Virus record (IMG/VR): IMGVR_UViG_3300021431_000076
Coordinates: 32,001 to 96,000 of that record
Reading direction: 5' to 3' (one strand)
Origin: a virus
Lineage: Duplodnaviria; Caudoviricetes
DNA: 64,000 nucleotides
The notes under the pieces are model-generated. The model saw nothing but the letters and a program-made list of their open reading frames with translations, was not told where the DNA came from and made no database searches. How positions within the stretch are numbered: the first letter of the stretch is position 1; every line of letters begins with the position of its first letter. A program made the position numbers and the translations under genes. Positions 19,152 to 28,798 of the stretch are shown here, one piece after another.

Positions 19152-20209
19152 CACAACAAGCTAATACTATCCAGGATCAACTCAGGGAACAGCTCAAGCA
19201 GCTGTTCCCTGATTATAAAGAATCTGGAAATAGAAAAGAATTTATGATCAATTGCCCACTATGTGAAAAAGAAGGAAGACCTGACCATGGATATCATATG
19301 TATATCTCTTTAGGATATGATGATAAACCTCCTATGTATAATTGTTTCAAAAACCATAATCATAGAGGTGTATTAACAAAATCCTTTCTAGAGCAAAATT
19401 CTAGATATCCCCAGTACATGGACACAGGTGTTCTTTCTCAAGTGGCAAAACGTAATTCTGCCTTGTCAGATTTAGGCAGGTACCGGCAAATTAGACAAGG
19501 GAAATATGAGTTTTATGCACCTTTGTCAAATAATGAGATAAAAACTAATACAAAATTAGGCTATCTTAATAAACGTCTAGGTTGCAATCTATCATTGATA
19601 GATTTGCAGTCTCTTAAGGTTATATTGAATATAAAAGATTTTTTAATATATAACAATATAACCAGACTATCTAGAAGTCAGTATACAGTAGATCTTCTAG
19701 ATCAATACTTCATAGGATTTCTTACAAATAATAACTCTACTATCATTCTAAGGAATTTAGTAAAGGAAAGAAACAAGTTACCAGAAGTAGTGCGAGATAG
19801 ATATATCAAGTATTCTATAGTAGAAGGGGGATTTAGTGGATATTATACCATTCCTTCTACTGTAGATATCTATAAGCCAGTTAATATTCATATAGCTGAA
19901 GGTACATTTGATATATTATCTGTATATATCAATCTATGTGGGATGAACAATGTACAGAATATCTATTCTAGTATTGGTGGTAACTCTTATCTTAATGCTA
20001 TGAAATATTATATTCTAGAGTGTGGTATAATAAATCCTATATTCCATTTGTATATAGACAATGATATTCCTAATCAGTTCTTAGAACAGATTAGAAGAGT
20101 TATAAAACCTCTAAATCTACAAGTCTATATACATATGAATATAGCATCAAATGAAAAGGATTTTGGTGTATCACCCGAAAGGATAAAGCACTATTCTTAC
20201 ACACTATAG
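19148..20209 (+). CDS. dnaG: DNA primase (Zn finger + TOPRIM)
   Basis: CPLC...H...YNCF zinc-binding region; IAEGTFD; YIDND; KDFG. Confidence 0.85.
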   Translation: MTQQANTIQDQLREQLKQLFPDYKESGNRKEFMINCPLCEKEGRPDHGYHMYISLGYDDKPPMYNCFKNHNHRGVLTKSFLEQNSRYPQYMDTGVLSQVAKRNSALSDLGRYRQIRQGKYEFYAPLSNNEIKTNTKLGYLNKRLGCNLSLIDLQSLKVILNIKDFLIYNNITRLSRSQYTVDLLDQYFIGFLTNNNSTIILRNLVKERNKLPEVVRDRYIKYSIVEGGFSGYYTIPSTVDIYKPVNIHIAEGTFDILSVYINLCGMNNVQNIYSSIGGNSYLNAMKYYILECGIINPIFHLYIDNDIPNQFLEQIRRVIKPLNLQVYIHMNIASNEKDFGVSPERIKHYSYTL

Positions 20210-20224
20210 GGAGGGAATCACAAT

Positions 20225-21007
20225 ATGACAGCTATGAGAAGTGATGAATTACAATCCAAAGCATATATACCTTTTACCATTTTCCATAAAGCTAAGAAAG
20301 TTGATGAAGATGGCAATGTCATCTCAGTAGATGACAAGATTAGTATTAAGGATTTAACCTCAGTCCAGTTTGAGCAGGTTAAGTCTGAGTTTGGACAGGA
20401 CTTTGATAGAATCAAAGATGTATCTATCAATCTTAAGATAAATGATATTTCTCCATTAAGATTATTCGAATATGATCAAGATTATGGTTATCTTCGCCTA
20501 TTCTATATGACCTATACTGATAAGATCAATGTATATCATCCAGAATCTTCTCTATATATAGAAGAGAAAGATCGCATTGATATATTATGTTTAGATACTG
20601 GATTTGATAAGACGTATTCTACAGATTCCACTATCTTCTTAGTATCTGATGTGGTTTCTCTTGATAAAGAGTTTGAAAAACATATTGGATTATTAGAGAA
20701 TACATTTGAAGATGGAGAAATCTTTGATGGTGAATGTATGATTGGTTTAGAGAGTCTTTTAGAAGGAAATCTTCCTGAGTTTGAGATTCTTTATATGGAT
20801 GCTGCAAATCAAATTTATAGTCTTGCTGATATAGCAAAGGCTGATTACCAGCACTTCAAGAAACTTACAGATCATAATCATCTTGAAGCTGTGTTTAGAC
20901 AGTTTGATTATTCTAATCCAACTGTATTCAAGAGAGGAGAATTCTCTTGGTATAATCTGTTCATGAAGCATATTCAGACTCAAACTAAAAGTTTATCATT
21001 AAGCTAA
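20225..21007 (+). CDS. Hypothetical acidic protein
   Basis: 260-aa ORF with GGAGGG RBS. Confidence 0.6.
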   Translation: MTAMRSDELQSKAYIPFTIFHKAKKVDEDGNVISVDDKISIKDLTSVQFEQVKSEFGQDFDRIKDVSINLKINDISPLRLFEYDQDYGYLRLFYMTYTDKINVYHPESSLYIEEKDRIDILCLDTGFDKTYSTDSTIFLVSDVVSLDKEFEKHIGLLENTFEDGEIFDGECMIGLESLLEGNLPEFEILYMDAANQIYSLADIAKADYQHFKKLTDHNHLEAVFRQFDYSNPTVFKRGEFSWYNLFMKHIQTQTKSLSLS

Positions 21008-21016
21008 CATTATATT

Positions 21017-21110
21017 AGTGGTGTGGTGGCCACACGTTGTTAAGCAATGGTGATGTTCCTTTCGGTAAGATTCCCAGTAGCTGTAATGGCTACTGGGAGT
21101 CTTATTGTTT
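21017..21110 (+). ncRNA. Candidate late small RNA
   Basis: Promoter AACA-ttatat-TA at 21006; hairpin GTGTGG/CCACAC; UUCCUUUC at 21056-21063; terminator at 21066-21104; no ORF. Confidence 0.5.
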
Positions 21111-21192
21111 TTGTAAAAATCTATATATTTACATGTATATTATGGTTGTGATGATAGATAAAAATGTTTAAAAATGAAAGGAGATTATCATC

Positions 21193-21408
21193 ATGGAATT
21201 CAAGAAATTGTATGCAAAGGCTTTGTTAACACTGCCGTATGAGCAGTATATGAAACCGAATATTATTTCAATGTTGGCGTATGCGTATGTGTGGCTTAAA
21301 AACCAAAATCAGTATTATATGATATTGTGCACGTCACAATATTATTGTACTGAAGCCAGCATAGAAGAAAGAAAACAGATGGAGGATATTTATGCATCTG
21401 TTTTATAA
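21193..21408 (+). CDS. Small early protein
   Basis: Own early promoter at 21136; GAAAGGAG RBS; terminator at about 21415-21441. Confidence 0.7.
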   Translation: MEFKKLYAKALLTLPYEQYMKPNIISMLAYAYVWLKNQNQYYMILCTSQYYCTEASIEERKQMEDIYASVL

Positions 21409-21481
21409 AATAATCCTGGGCTAAGCCCAGGTTTATTTTTTCACATCAAGATAAGCAAAACTCTAAGAAGGAGGTATAATA

Positions 21482-22900
21482 ATGGGTTCTTTTACCAACA
21501 AGCATTACAATGAAACAGTACAAAGTTTAGTACAAGGATCACAAGATCGACTTAAAAACCCGTACTATCTTTTTTCTAATAAATCACCAACAGCTGTAAT
21601 GTATTATAATATAAATCATAAAATGTCTACATTAGATCAAGGAACTAGACAAGTATATGATCATATAGGAGAAAATTCTCCTTTAAGATTTAACAAGATT
21701 ATAGATTTTCAGTTATATGGTATTCCTAGGATAGAGATAGATTATAATGTTGGAGAATATGGTATAGAATCTCCAGTAGAAGGAGAAGCACTAATTCTTC
21801 CTAATACAGTAATACCATGTGTAGATGATATGTTCACTATCAACTATCTAGTTGATAAGCCAGTTATCTTTAGAGTATCAAAGGTATCTATAGATACATT
21901 GGATACAGGATCTAACTTTTATAGAATTCAATACTTTATAGATCGTGTAGATTTAGATGCTCTTAAGTATCTTAATGGTAAGCAGTTAATAAATGAGTAT
22001 GTATATAAGCCTGGTAATATAGGTTCTAATTTAGTATCTGTTATTGCTAAAAAGGATGCCGATATTATAGAGAAATTATCTGAGGCAGCTACAGAAATTC
22101 TACACTACTATGCTGATCTATTCTTTAAACCATCTATACAGACATTTTGTTATCTCTATACAGGGATATTTATCTATGATCCGTATTTGATTGAGTTCTT
22201 AATTAGGAATAAAGTATATGCTGTACCAGACAATGAATATTATATGTATATTTCTCAAGCAGTACATACTCCTAGAACTTTCAATATAGAATATGAACAC
22301 ACTATCTTTAGAGATATAGAAAAAAGAAATCCTAAATTAAGAACTAATTCTTGTTATATGGTTCCTTGTCATGATCCCAATAGTTTACTTATGAATAGAA
22401 TGGAAGACTATTTTGAATTATCTATTAATCTTAAGAATAAACCATTCTCTCCTCCTATCAATTGGTTGAATATGGAACTATTTGATAGAATAGTAAATAA
22501 TAATCTATACGACGTGGATGACCCAGATGCTCCTATATATAGAAATATCATTATCAGGTGGATGAATGATAAATCATACACTGTAACTGATGAAGAGTTA
22601 GAGAATCTTATCAATCTATCTTATCATCCATGCAAAGATCTATTCTATGAGATTCCTATTTTGTTATTTATTCTAAATGATATAGTAACTGGTTTACAAG
22701 TAGATCTTACTAACTTACCATCTAATGGTAATGGTGCTATTGGTAATACTTCTGCTATATCTACTACAAATGCATTAGCAGATGATATTACTGCCGATGA
22801 ATATGCTAATGGTGGAAATTGTAATAGAACTTGTATGTGTCCTAGAGGAGATACATATGAAAAACCAGGATCAGAAGATTCATATTTGACTGGTAGATAA
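21482..22900 (+). CDS. Probable virion structural protein
   Basis: 472 aa; late promoter at 21442; AAGGAGG RBS. Confidence 0.55.
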   Translation: MGSFTNKHYNETVQSLVQGSQDRLKNPYYLFSNKSPTAVMYYNINHKMSTLDQGTRQVYDHIGENSPLRFNKIIDFQLYGIPRIEIDYNVGEYGIESPVEGEALILPNTVIPCVDDMFTINYLVDKPVIFRVSKVSIDTLDTGSNFYRIQYFIDRVDLDALKYLNGKQLINEYVYKPGNIGSNLVSVIAKKDADIIEKLSEAATEILHYYADLFFKPSIQTFCYLYTGIFIYDPYLIEFLIRNKVYAVPDNEYYMYISQAVHTPRTFNIEYEHTIFRDIEKRNPKLRTNSCYMVPCHDPNSLLMNRMEDYFELSINLKNKPFSPPINWLNMELFDRIVNNNLYDVDDPDAPIYRNIIIRWMNDKSYTVTDEELENLINLSYHPCKDLFYEIPILLFILNDIVTGLQVDLTNLPSNGNGAIGNTSAISTTNALADDITADEYANGGNCNRTCMCPRGDTYEKPGSEDSYLTGR

Positions 22901-23171
22901 AAAAAAGAATGGAGTTGGTATACCAAGCCAACTCCTGGGAATTAGAAATGTTAATTTGATTGGGGACCAAGTTATGTTAATTGATTTTGTGTATAAATTT
23001 AAGGAGGGTTGTTCACCTCTTTCTTTTATTTTACTCTATTAACTATACTAACAAATGATGTTAATATAAATATATATAAAACTTAACATAACTTGGGAAC
23101 ATTTCATACCCTAAATTAAACCTTCTACCTATTTCCTTACATTACCCATGGGGAAATATTGCTTCGGTTTC
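22899..23171 (-). ncRNA. Candidate structured early RNA (about 270 nt), possibly carrying a 19-codon hydrophobic mini-ORF
   Basis: Early promoter at 23178-23185; 14-bp inverted repeat 22967-22980/23083-23096; CCCUCCUU; terminator hairpin 22911-22935 with T-run. Confidence 0.4.
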
Positions 23172-23235
23172 ATATTAATAATATATAATTGAAAAAATGT
23201 TTATTTTACCAGAATAGGGCAATCCCTATTCTGGT

Positions 23236-23532
23236 TTAGCGTTTAATATACGTTCTAAGATTAGTTAATGTACGTTTCTTTTTTATTTGGAATATGTTAT
23301 ATGATGAAAACAATGTGTCTAAAGATTTGGTCCTAATACAATTACTTAATGCCACCATTGCATCTAAACTATTCATAAAATCTTCGTCACTATCAATATC
23401 TTCTATTAATTGTTTGAGAGCTATGAATGCTGATGCTTCTTTTCTAATAAACTCCATTATCTGATCATAAGGAGGGTTTGCCATGTTTTGCATCTCATTC
23501 ATTGTATTATCAGGATTAAGGATTGCTACCAT
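23236..23532 (-). CDS. Hypothetical protein
   Basis: 98 aa; AGGAGGG RBS; downstream hairpin at 23208-23236. Confidence 0.65.
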   Translation of the reverse strand: MVAILNPDNTMNEMQNMANPPYDQIMEFIRKEASAFIALKQLIEDIDSDEDFMNSLDAMVALSNCIRTKSLDTLFSSYNIFQIKKKRTLTNLRTYIKR

Positions 23533-23627
23533 CTTATTGCCCTCCTATATTTTCTATTACAAGATGGTCAAGTTAATCTATAAAACAGTATGATAATCAG
23601 ACACCTTATTAGAAGGAGGTTTTATTT

Positions 23628-23831
23628 GTGAGTGCTGTTGTAGACCAAATCATGTTAGAGGACATGTTGAATGAAGATATGGCAGATATTGCCATAACTG
23701 GTTCTTATAATGAAGCAATAGATACATTGCTTGTATATGATGAAGAAACCAAATCTTATGATCCTGATAATGGAATGATGTTTCCACCTGAAATTAAAGA
23801 TTATAATGAATATTTGGATGAGGTGAAATAA
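23628..23831 (+). CDS. Small acidic late protein (possible prohead core peptide)
   Basis: GTG start with AAGGAGG; late promoter at 23584. Confidence 0.65.
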   Translation: MSAVVDQIMLEDMLNEDMADIAITGSYNEAIDTLLVYDEETKSYDPDNGMMFPPEIKDYNEYLDEVK

Positions 23832-24017
23832 ATGCAATTGGTAGATGTAAATATTGCAGATGTGATGTCTGAAGGAAGTTATGATGAGACTTTAATGGAA
23901 TCTGCAGATATGTTTATTGTTGATCAACATATTGACGATTTTAGAGAAGCTACTTATGATTTAATGGGTGGTTCTATATCTTTTGATGAAGCTGTAGATC
24001 AGATACTAGATGTATAA
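23832..24017 (+). CDS. Small acidic late protein, resembles the upstream gene
   Basis: Shared ADI/V..xGSYxE and AVDQI motifs with 23628..23831; LMESAD. Confidence 0.65.
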   Translation: MQLVDVNIADVMSEGSYDETLMESADMFIVDQHIDDFREATYDLMGGSISFDEAVDQILDV

Positions 24018-24056
24018 CAGTAAAATAAAAATTATATCTTTAAGGAGGATATATTA

Positions 24057-24572
24057 ATGAAAAAGAAAGTAGATGTTTATTGTGCAGCAGCATTTGTAGT
24101 AAATGGTGCTCCATTTGCAGGCAAATGCCTGAATATTGTTCTTGATGTTGAGGATATTCGTACGTGCTTGTTAAATAAAGCCTTTGTATGGGAATTGACT
24201 CCAGAAGGTAAAAGAATCCCTCTTGATTTTACAAATTATCGTCTTAACAATGGTGGTGTTGTTGATGATAAAACAATCGTGTCTAATGATGCTAGACTTA
24301 GAAACAATAATGTTACAAGAGTGATTGTGGATCCTGAAACATCTAAGGTTGTTAAAGAAACTAAAGTTGTAATTGAGAAAGTTGAAAAAGAAAAACCAAA
24401 AGTTGTTAAAGAAGAAAAGAAAGAAAAAGAAGTAATCAAGGAAGAAAAGAAAGAAGATGCTAAAGTAGTTGCTGAAATGGATGTAACTGCTAAAGTAGAA
24501 GAAACCAAAGAAGAAAAAAAGTTAGATAACAACTTTAAGAATAATAACAATAATAAACACAACAAGAAGTGA
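24057..24572 (+). CDS. Hypothetical protein with a Lys/Glu-rich repetitive tail
   Basis: Repeated V(V/I)KEEKKE; strong RBS; terminator at 24579-24607. Confidence 0.65.
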   Translation: MKKKVDVYCAAAFVVNGAPFAGKCLNIVLDVEDIRTCLLNKAFVWELTPEGKRIPLDFTNYRLNNGGVVDDKTIVSNDARLRNNNVTRVIVDPETSKVVKETKVVIEKVEKEKPKVVKEEKKEKEVIKEEKKEDAKVVAEMDVTAKVEETKEEKKLDNNFKNNNNNKHNKK

Positions 24573-24650
24573 TAACATAACCATAGAGGATGGATTCCTC
24601 TATGGTTTACATTGCAGTAATATATATTATTGTAATTGAGGTGAATTTCA

Positions 24651-25553
24651 TTGGAACAAGAGAATCTAATTGGATGTATCCTATGTGAAGAGACCTCTGC
24701 TAATGTTGAATTTAAAGTCAAGGGAGAAAATCGTAATGGTTTTCTTATTGCAGAAGGGATACTTCAGCAGGGTAATGAAATAAACAGAAATAGAAGATAT
24801 TATCCCACAGAAGAATTGGTAGCAGCTATTAATTCTCCTAGATGTAAAGAATTAGTAGAATCTGGTAACCTTAAAGGCGAAGCTGGTCATCCAACTGATA
24901 CTTCTCTTTCTAGACAGGCTAAAGTAGATCCTACTTTAGAGCAAGTTTGGTATCAGAAACTTTGGATGGATGGAGATTATGTAATGGGTCAATTTAGAGG
25001 TACTAATAATGAATTAGGTAGATCCTTTAATGAAGACCTAAGAGATGGGCAAAGACCTTCATTCTCTCTTAGAGCTGTTGGTTCTTTGGTTAATGAAAAT
25101 GGTAGAGCTACTGTAAAGAGAATGCAGATGATTACATATGATAGAGTTTATTTCCCATCTCATTCTAAAGCATATACTACTAGACTAGTTACTACTGAAG
25201 CTGCTGTTGGTGTACCATCTCATGAACAGAGATATTATGATATTAACAAGGATGACTATTTCTTTGTAAAGACTGATGAGATTAATAGATTAGCTGAACA
25301 AGGCAACTTTGTAGATTTGTCTGAGAGTGTAGTAACTCCTCTTAAACAAGAAGAAGTTAAGAACTATCTGTTATCTGAATCTGCTAATCTTAAACTTGCT
25401 TTAGATACGTTTGATTTACTTTATGAATCTATGGAAGTAGCAAATGATCTAGGTACTATGAAAGTTAAGACTACTTATGGTGATACTTTATATCTAGATA
25501 CAGAGACTGCTCTTAGAAAAGAAATGATACACGAAATCAATAACTATTTTTAA
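24651..25553 (+). CDS. Prohead (capsid maturation) protease, T4 gp21-like
   Basis: NRNRRYY, GEAGHP, SFSLRAVG and YDRVYFPS motifs; TTG start; late promoter at 24608. Confidence 0.9.
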   Translation: MEQENLIGCILCEETSANVEFKVKGENRNGFLIAEGILQQGNEINRNRRYYPTEELVAAINSPRCKELVESGNLKGEAGHPTDTSLSRQAKVDPTLEQVWYQKLWMDGDYVMGQFRGTNNELGRSFNEDLRDGQRPSFSLRAVGSLVNENGRATVKRMQMITYDRVYFPSHSKAYTTRLVTTEAAVGVPSHEQRYYDINKDDYFFVKTDEINRLAEQGNFVDLSESVVTPLKQEEVKNYLLSESANLKLALDTFDLLYESMEVANDLGTMKVKTTYGDTLYLDTETALRKEMIHEINNYF

Positions 25554-25640
25554 ATGCACTATCCAGTAGAGCTTAATAGCTCTACTGGTTTTTCTTTAGC
25601 AAAAACAAATAGATAAGATGAGAAATGAGGAGGTACCACT

Positions 25641-26390
25641 ATGGTAAAAGAAGGTAGAATTTATGTAATTGAAGGTCCAGATGGTTCTGGCAAAACTACT
25701 ATGGTTGGTCATCTTGTTGAAAGATTGAGTAGTGTTGGGATACCATTTGAAAGTATAGCATTACCCAATAAAGATTCTAGTATGTATGACCAAATAAGAT
25801 TAGCATTAAAAAAGAGTTATGTAATCATAGATCAATTACAGAGATACATGCTCTATAACATGGATGACTGTTTCTCTAAGATTATAATTCCAAAGATTCA
25901 AACTGGTATGAATATAATCTTAGATAGATGGGCTGTATCTACTATTATCTATAATATGATAAATAGAGGTAAGCTTATTGAAGAGGTATACCTTACTTCT
26001 GATGGTAGTATAGATATGGAAGGTATAGTAAGAAGAGGATCTTGCTTTACTTGGCCTAATAAAATCTTTTACCTTAATACCCCTAAAAAAGTTTTAATAG
26101 AAAATGCTATTATAAGATCTGGAGTAAAAAATACAGAGATATTTGATAAAGAAGATATCGTCGAAGATTTATACAACGGTTATCAAGATTTTTATAAAGC
26201 TATCACAAATCCTATGTATAAATTTGAGGGACACAGAATTTATGAATTTAAAACTTCTATAAATAAGGATAGACATATGATGATTGATCCTAATCCTATA
26301 TATTATGCCAATCCTTTTGATCCTGGATTATATATCTCTATGGAGGATAAAATATTTGATGAAATAGCAAAGGATGTTGGTGTGGTATGA
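25641..26390 (+). CDS. tmk: Thymidylate-kinase-family dNMP kinase
   Basis: VIEGPDGSGKTT P-loop and ILDRW motif. Confidence 0.88.
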   Translation: MVKEGRIYVIEGPDGSGKTTMVGHLVERLSSVGIPFESIALPNKDSSMYDQIRLALKKSYVIIDQLQRYMLYNMDDCFSKIIIPKIQTGMNIILDRWAVSTIIYNMINRGKLIEEVYLTSDGSIDMEGIVRRGSCFTWPNKIFYLNTPKKVLIENAIIRSGVKNTEIFDKEDIVEDLYNGYQDFYKAITNPMYKFEGHRIYEFKTSINKDRHMMIDPNPIYYANPFDPGLYISMEDKIFDEIAKDVGVV

Positions 26391-27178
26391 AACTATCATT
26401 ATCTATTAGAATACGCTCAAATCTAGAATTGATCAAGATCTTTTTAAATCATATTAATAATAGATGGAAATTGAGTACAGGAAAAGTTGTAGGATTTGCT
26501 CTGTCTATTTTATTCATGCTTTCAGTTCCTATATTATCAAATTATCTATATTCTCCTGATACAGAAACAGAATCTACAATGGTAATACTTATTTGTTTTA
26601 TGGTAGAACTAGTAGTATTCTTGCTTATGTACTGTAGTTTTAATAAAACAAAAATAGAAAATGTAGGAAAAGAAATTGGGTATACTACTAAAACTTTTAA
26701 GTTTATTCTTTCTTCTTATAATAAAATAATATATAGATATGGATTACTAATACCAAAATACAAATATTTCTTTACACCTATAAGAAGAATAGAAGAGTTA
26801 GATTTAATAGTAGCCAATCTAGTATTGATAAAAATATATGAGCTGTATTTTAAGAACGTAGATAAGTATGGTCCTAGTACAGTTAGATATATACCTGCTA
26901 CTGTAGTAACTGATCTTATCAATAATAAGGAATTCAAAGAATTTTATTCTGTATTATTCTTTGATCCTAAACTTAAAGGAAAGAAAAACCATTATGATGC
27001 ATTAGTGGTTAATGTATTAGATGCTGTAGTAACAGAATTATATACAAAAGATTGGTTTACTGAGTACTATGATCCTGATAAGATAGATATGATTATAAAT
27101 ACAATACTAGAACAATGGTCTTATTTAGCTATTCAATATAATTTAAACATAGAGGATTATATTATAACAAAAAATTAA
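26387..27178 (+). CDS. Hypothetical membrane protein (2 TM)
   Basis: Two hydrophobic N-terminal helices; ATGA overlap with the kinase gene. Confidence 0.6.
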   Translation: MKLSLSIRIRSNLELIKIFLNHINNRWKLSTGKVVGFALSILFMLSVPILSNYLYSPDTETESTMVILICFMVELVVFLLMYCSFNKTKIENVGKEIGYTTKTFKFILSSYNKIIYRYGLLIPKYKYFFTPIRRIEELDLIVANLVLIKIYELYFKNVDKYGPSTVRYIPATVVTDLINNKEFKEFYSVLFFDPKLKGKKNHYDALVVNVLDAVVTELYTKDWFTEYYDPDKIDMIINTILEQWSYLAIQYNLNIEDYIITKN

Positions 27179-27209
27179 AAGTGAGTAGGAGAAATCCTAC
27201 TCACTCATC

Positions 27210-28004
27210 TTATCGTAAAACTGTTACATTATAAATTGGTTCTGAGTTTAGATTTATATAAGCAGTATATGTATCTCCAGATATATTGCTATATCCACTG
27301 TAATCAAATATACCTCTTGCTATAAACTGAGACATTTTGATTATATCTGTATTATTGATAACCATATTTTTATTTTTTATCACATTGAGTTCTTTGTAAA
27401 GTCTATTCTGAATATATAATTCTAGATTAATATTATCAACTAATGGATATTTAGTAGCATATACATCTTCTTTGGTTAGGATTGATAAACCATCTAATAC
27501 CTTTTCTTTAACAGAAGATATATAAGGAAAGAGAATTTGTTCTCCATTATAATAATCTCTTTGTAGATAATATGCTTGTAATACTATATCAGGTACTTCA
27601 TATGGGCCCAAATACTTTTTTAGTATATCGTCATACTTAGAAAGATAATTAATAGTATTTATGTTGTTTGAGTACTCTATGTATCTCATATAATCTATAT
27701 CATTATGCCTATTTGGAATTATCTTTTGATTACAGTGAGATAACTCATGAGCTACAATGAATAATAAACCTCCTCTTATCTCATTATCCATCAATTCAAT
27801 ATAATTAAACTTTTCAAATACACTATCAAGTCTAATCTCTATATATAACATACACTGAGATCCAGCTATTTCTATTTTTTTAGCGATATCTGGATTAGGT
27901 TCTGTCAAAGCTAATCTAATAGCTGGTGCAATATTATTGATTTTACCATTTAATGCGTCATAAACTTTCTTGACGTAGAGTATGCAATCTCCATAGGTTA
28001 GCAT
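27210..28004 (-). CDS. HEXXH-motif putative metallopeptidase
   Basis: FIVAHELSHC. Confidence 0.55.
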   Translation of the reverse strand: MLTYGDCILYVKKVYDALNGKINNIAPAIRLALTEPNPDIAKKIEIAGSQCMLYIEIRLDSVFEKFNYIELMDNEIRGGLLFIVAHELSHCNQKIIPNRHNDIDYMRYIEYSNNINTINYLSKYDDILKKYLGPYEVPDIVLQAYYLQRDYYNGEQILFPYISSVKEKVLDGLSILTKEDVYATKYPLVDNINLELYIQNRLYKELNVIKNKNMVINNTDIIKMSQFIARGIFDYSGYSNISGDTYTAYINLNSEPIYNVTVLR

Positions 28005-28714
28005 TATTTCTTTTTCTCCTTCTTGACTATTCTTATACCATCTATATCTCTATCAAATTTATTTCTATAAAATTTTATTTCTTCTATTGATTGAGATGAT
28101 CTTATTGTATATAGAGCATTTCTAACATAATAGTCTAATTGTTCTTGAAATTTCTTTGGAACTTTTACAGTGTCATATACTTTCTTTATATGACCCAATG
28201 CTATTAGCTTAGCAGCTGGTAATTGTTTTGCTAATTTAGATATAGTTTTATTTAATTCTTCATATGTAAGTTTTTTACTAGCTCTTGGATCATTTTTAAC
28301 AGTTTCTATTGTAAAATCACATTCTTTCTCTAGCATCTTCTCAGTTTCTTTGGCATTTTTTATGACTTCTTTTAAACTACTATCATTCTTTGGTCTATAT
28401 GCTAGCATTGCTTTATAAAGTTTTCTAGCCTTCTCACCTCTTTCTGATTTTTCTGAAAGATAGTTAAACAATATCGGTTTGATTTTATATTTTCTTACAG
28501 TTGTATCTGTGGTTTTTTGAAATGAGTACCATTTTATAGATTTATCTCTTTCTATAAGAATTCTAATATTAGCATTAGAATAAATGGCGTCTTTATTCTT
28601 TGATACTGCTAAGTAAATTCCATATAGACTAGACATATCTAATCCTACATCATCGGGTTGTAACATTGCCATAAAATCATCGAATTGTTTTCTTTTTTCA
28701 AAATCAATTGCCAT
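28004..28714 (-). CDS. Hypothetical basic early protein
   Basis: Start reassigned to MAIDFEK (28714) behind GGAGGGG, because the predicted early TSS (28727) falls inside the upstream ATG. Confidence 0.6.
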   Translation of the reverse strand: MAIDFEKRKQFDDFMAMLQPDDVGLDMSSLYGIYLAVSKNKDAIYSNANIRILIERDKSIKWYSFQKTTDTTVRKYKIKPILFNYLSEKSERGEKARKLYKAMLAYRPKNDSSLKEVIKNAKETEKMLEKECDFTIETVKNDPRASKKLTYEELNKTISKLAKQLPAAKLIALGHIKKVYDTVKVPKKFQEQLDYYVRNALYTIRSSQSIEEIKFYRNKFDRDIDGIRIVKKEKKK

Positions 28715-28798
28715 ATTAATCCCCTCCATAGTAATAATATATTTCTATAATTTACTTTAGCACACATCAGTAACGGATTGTCAAAAGGAGTGTGAAAC

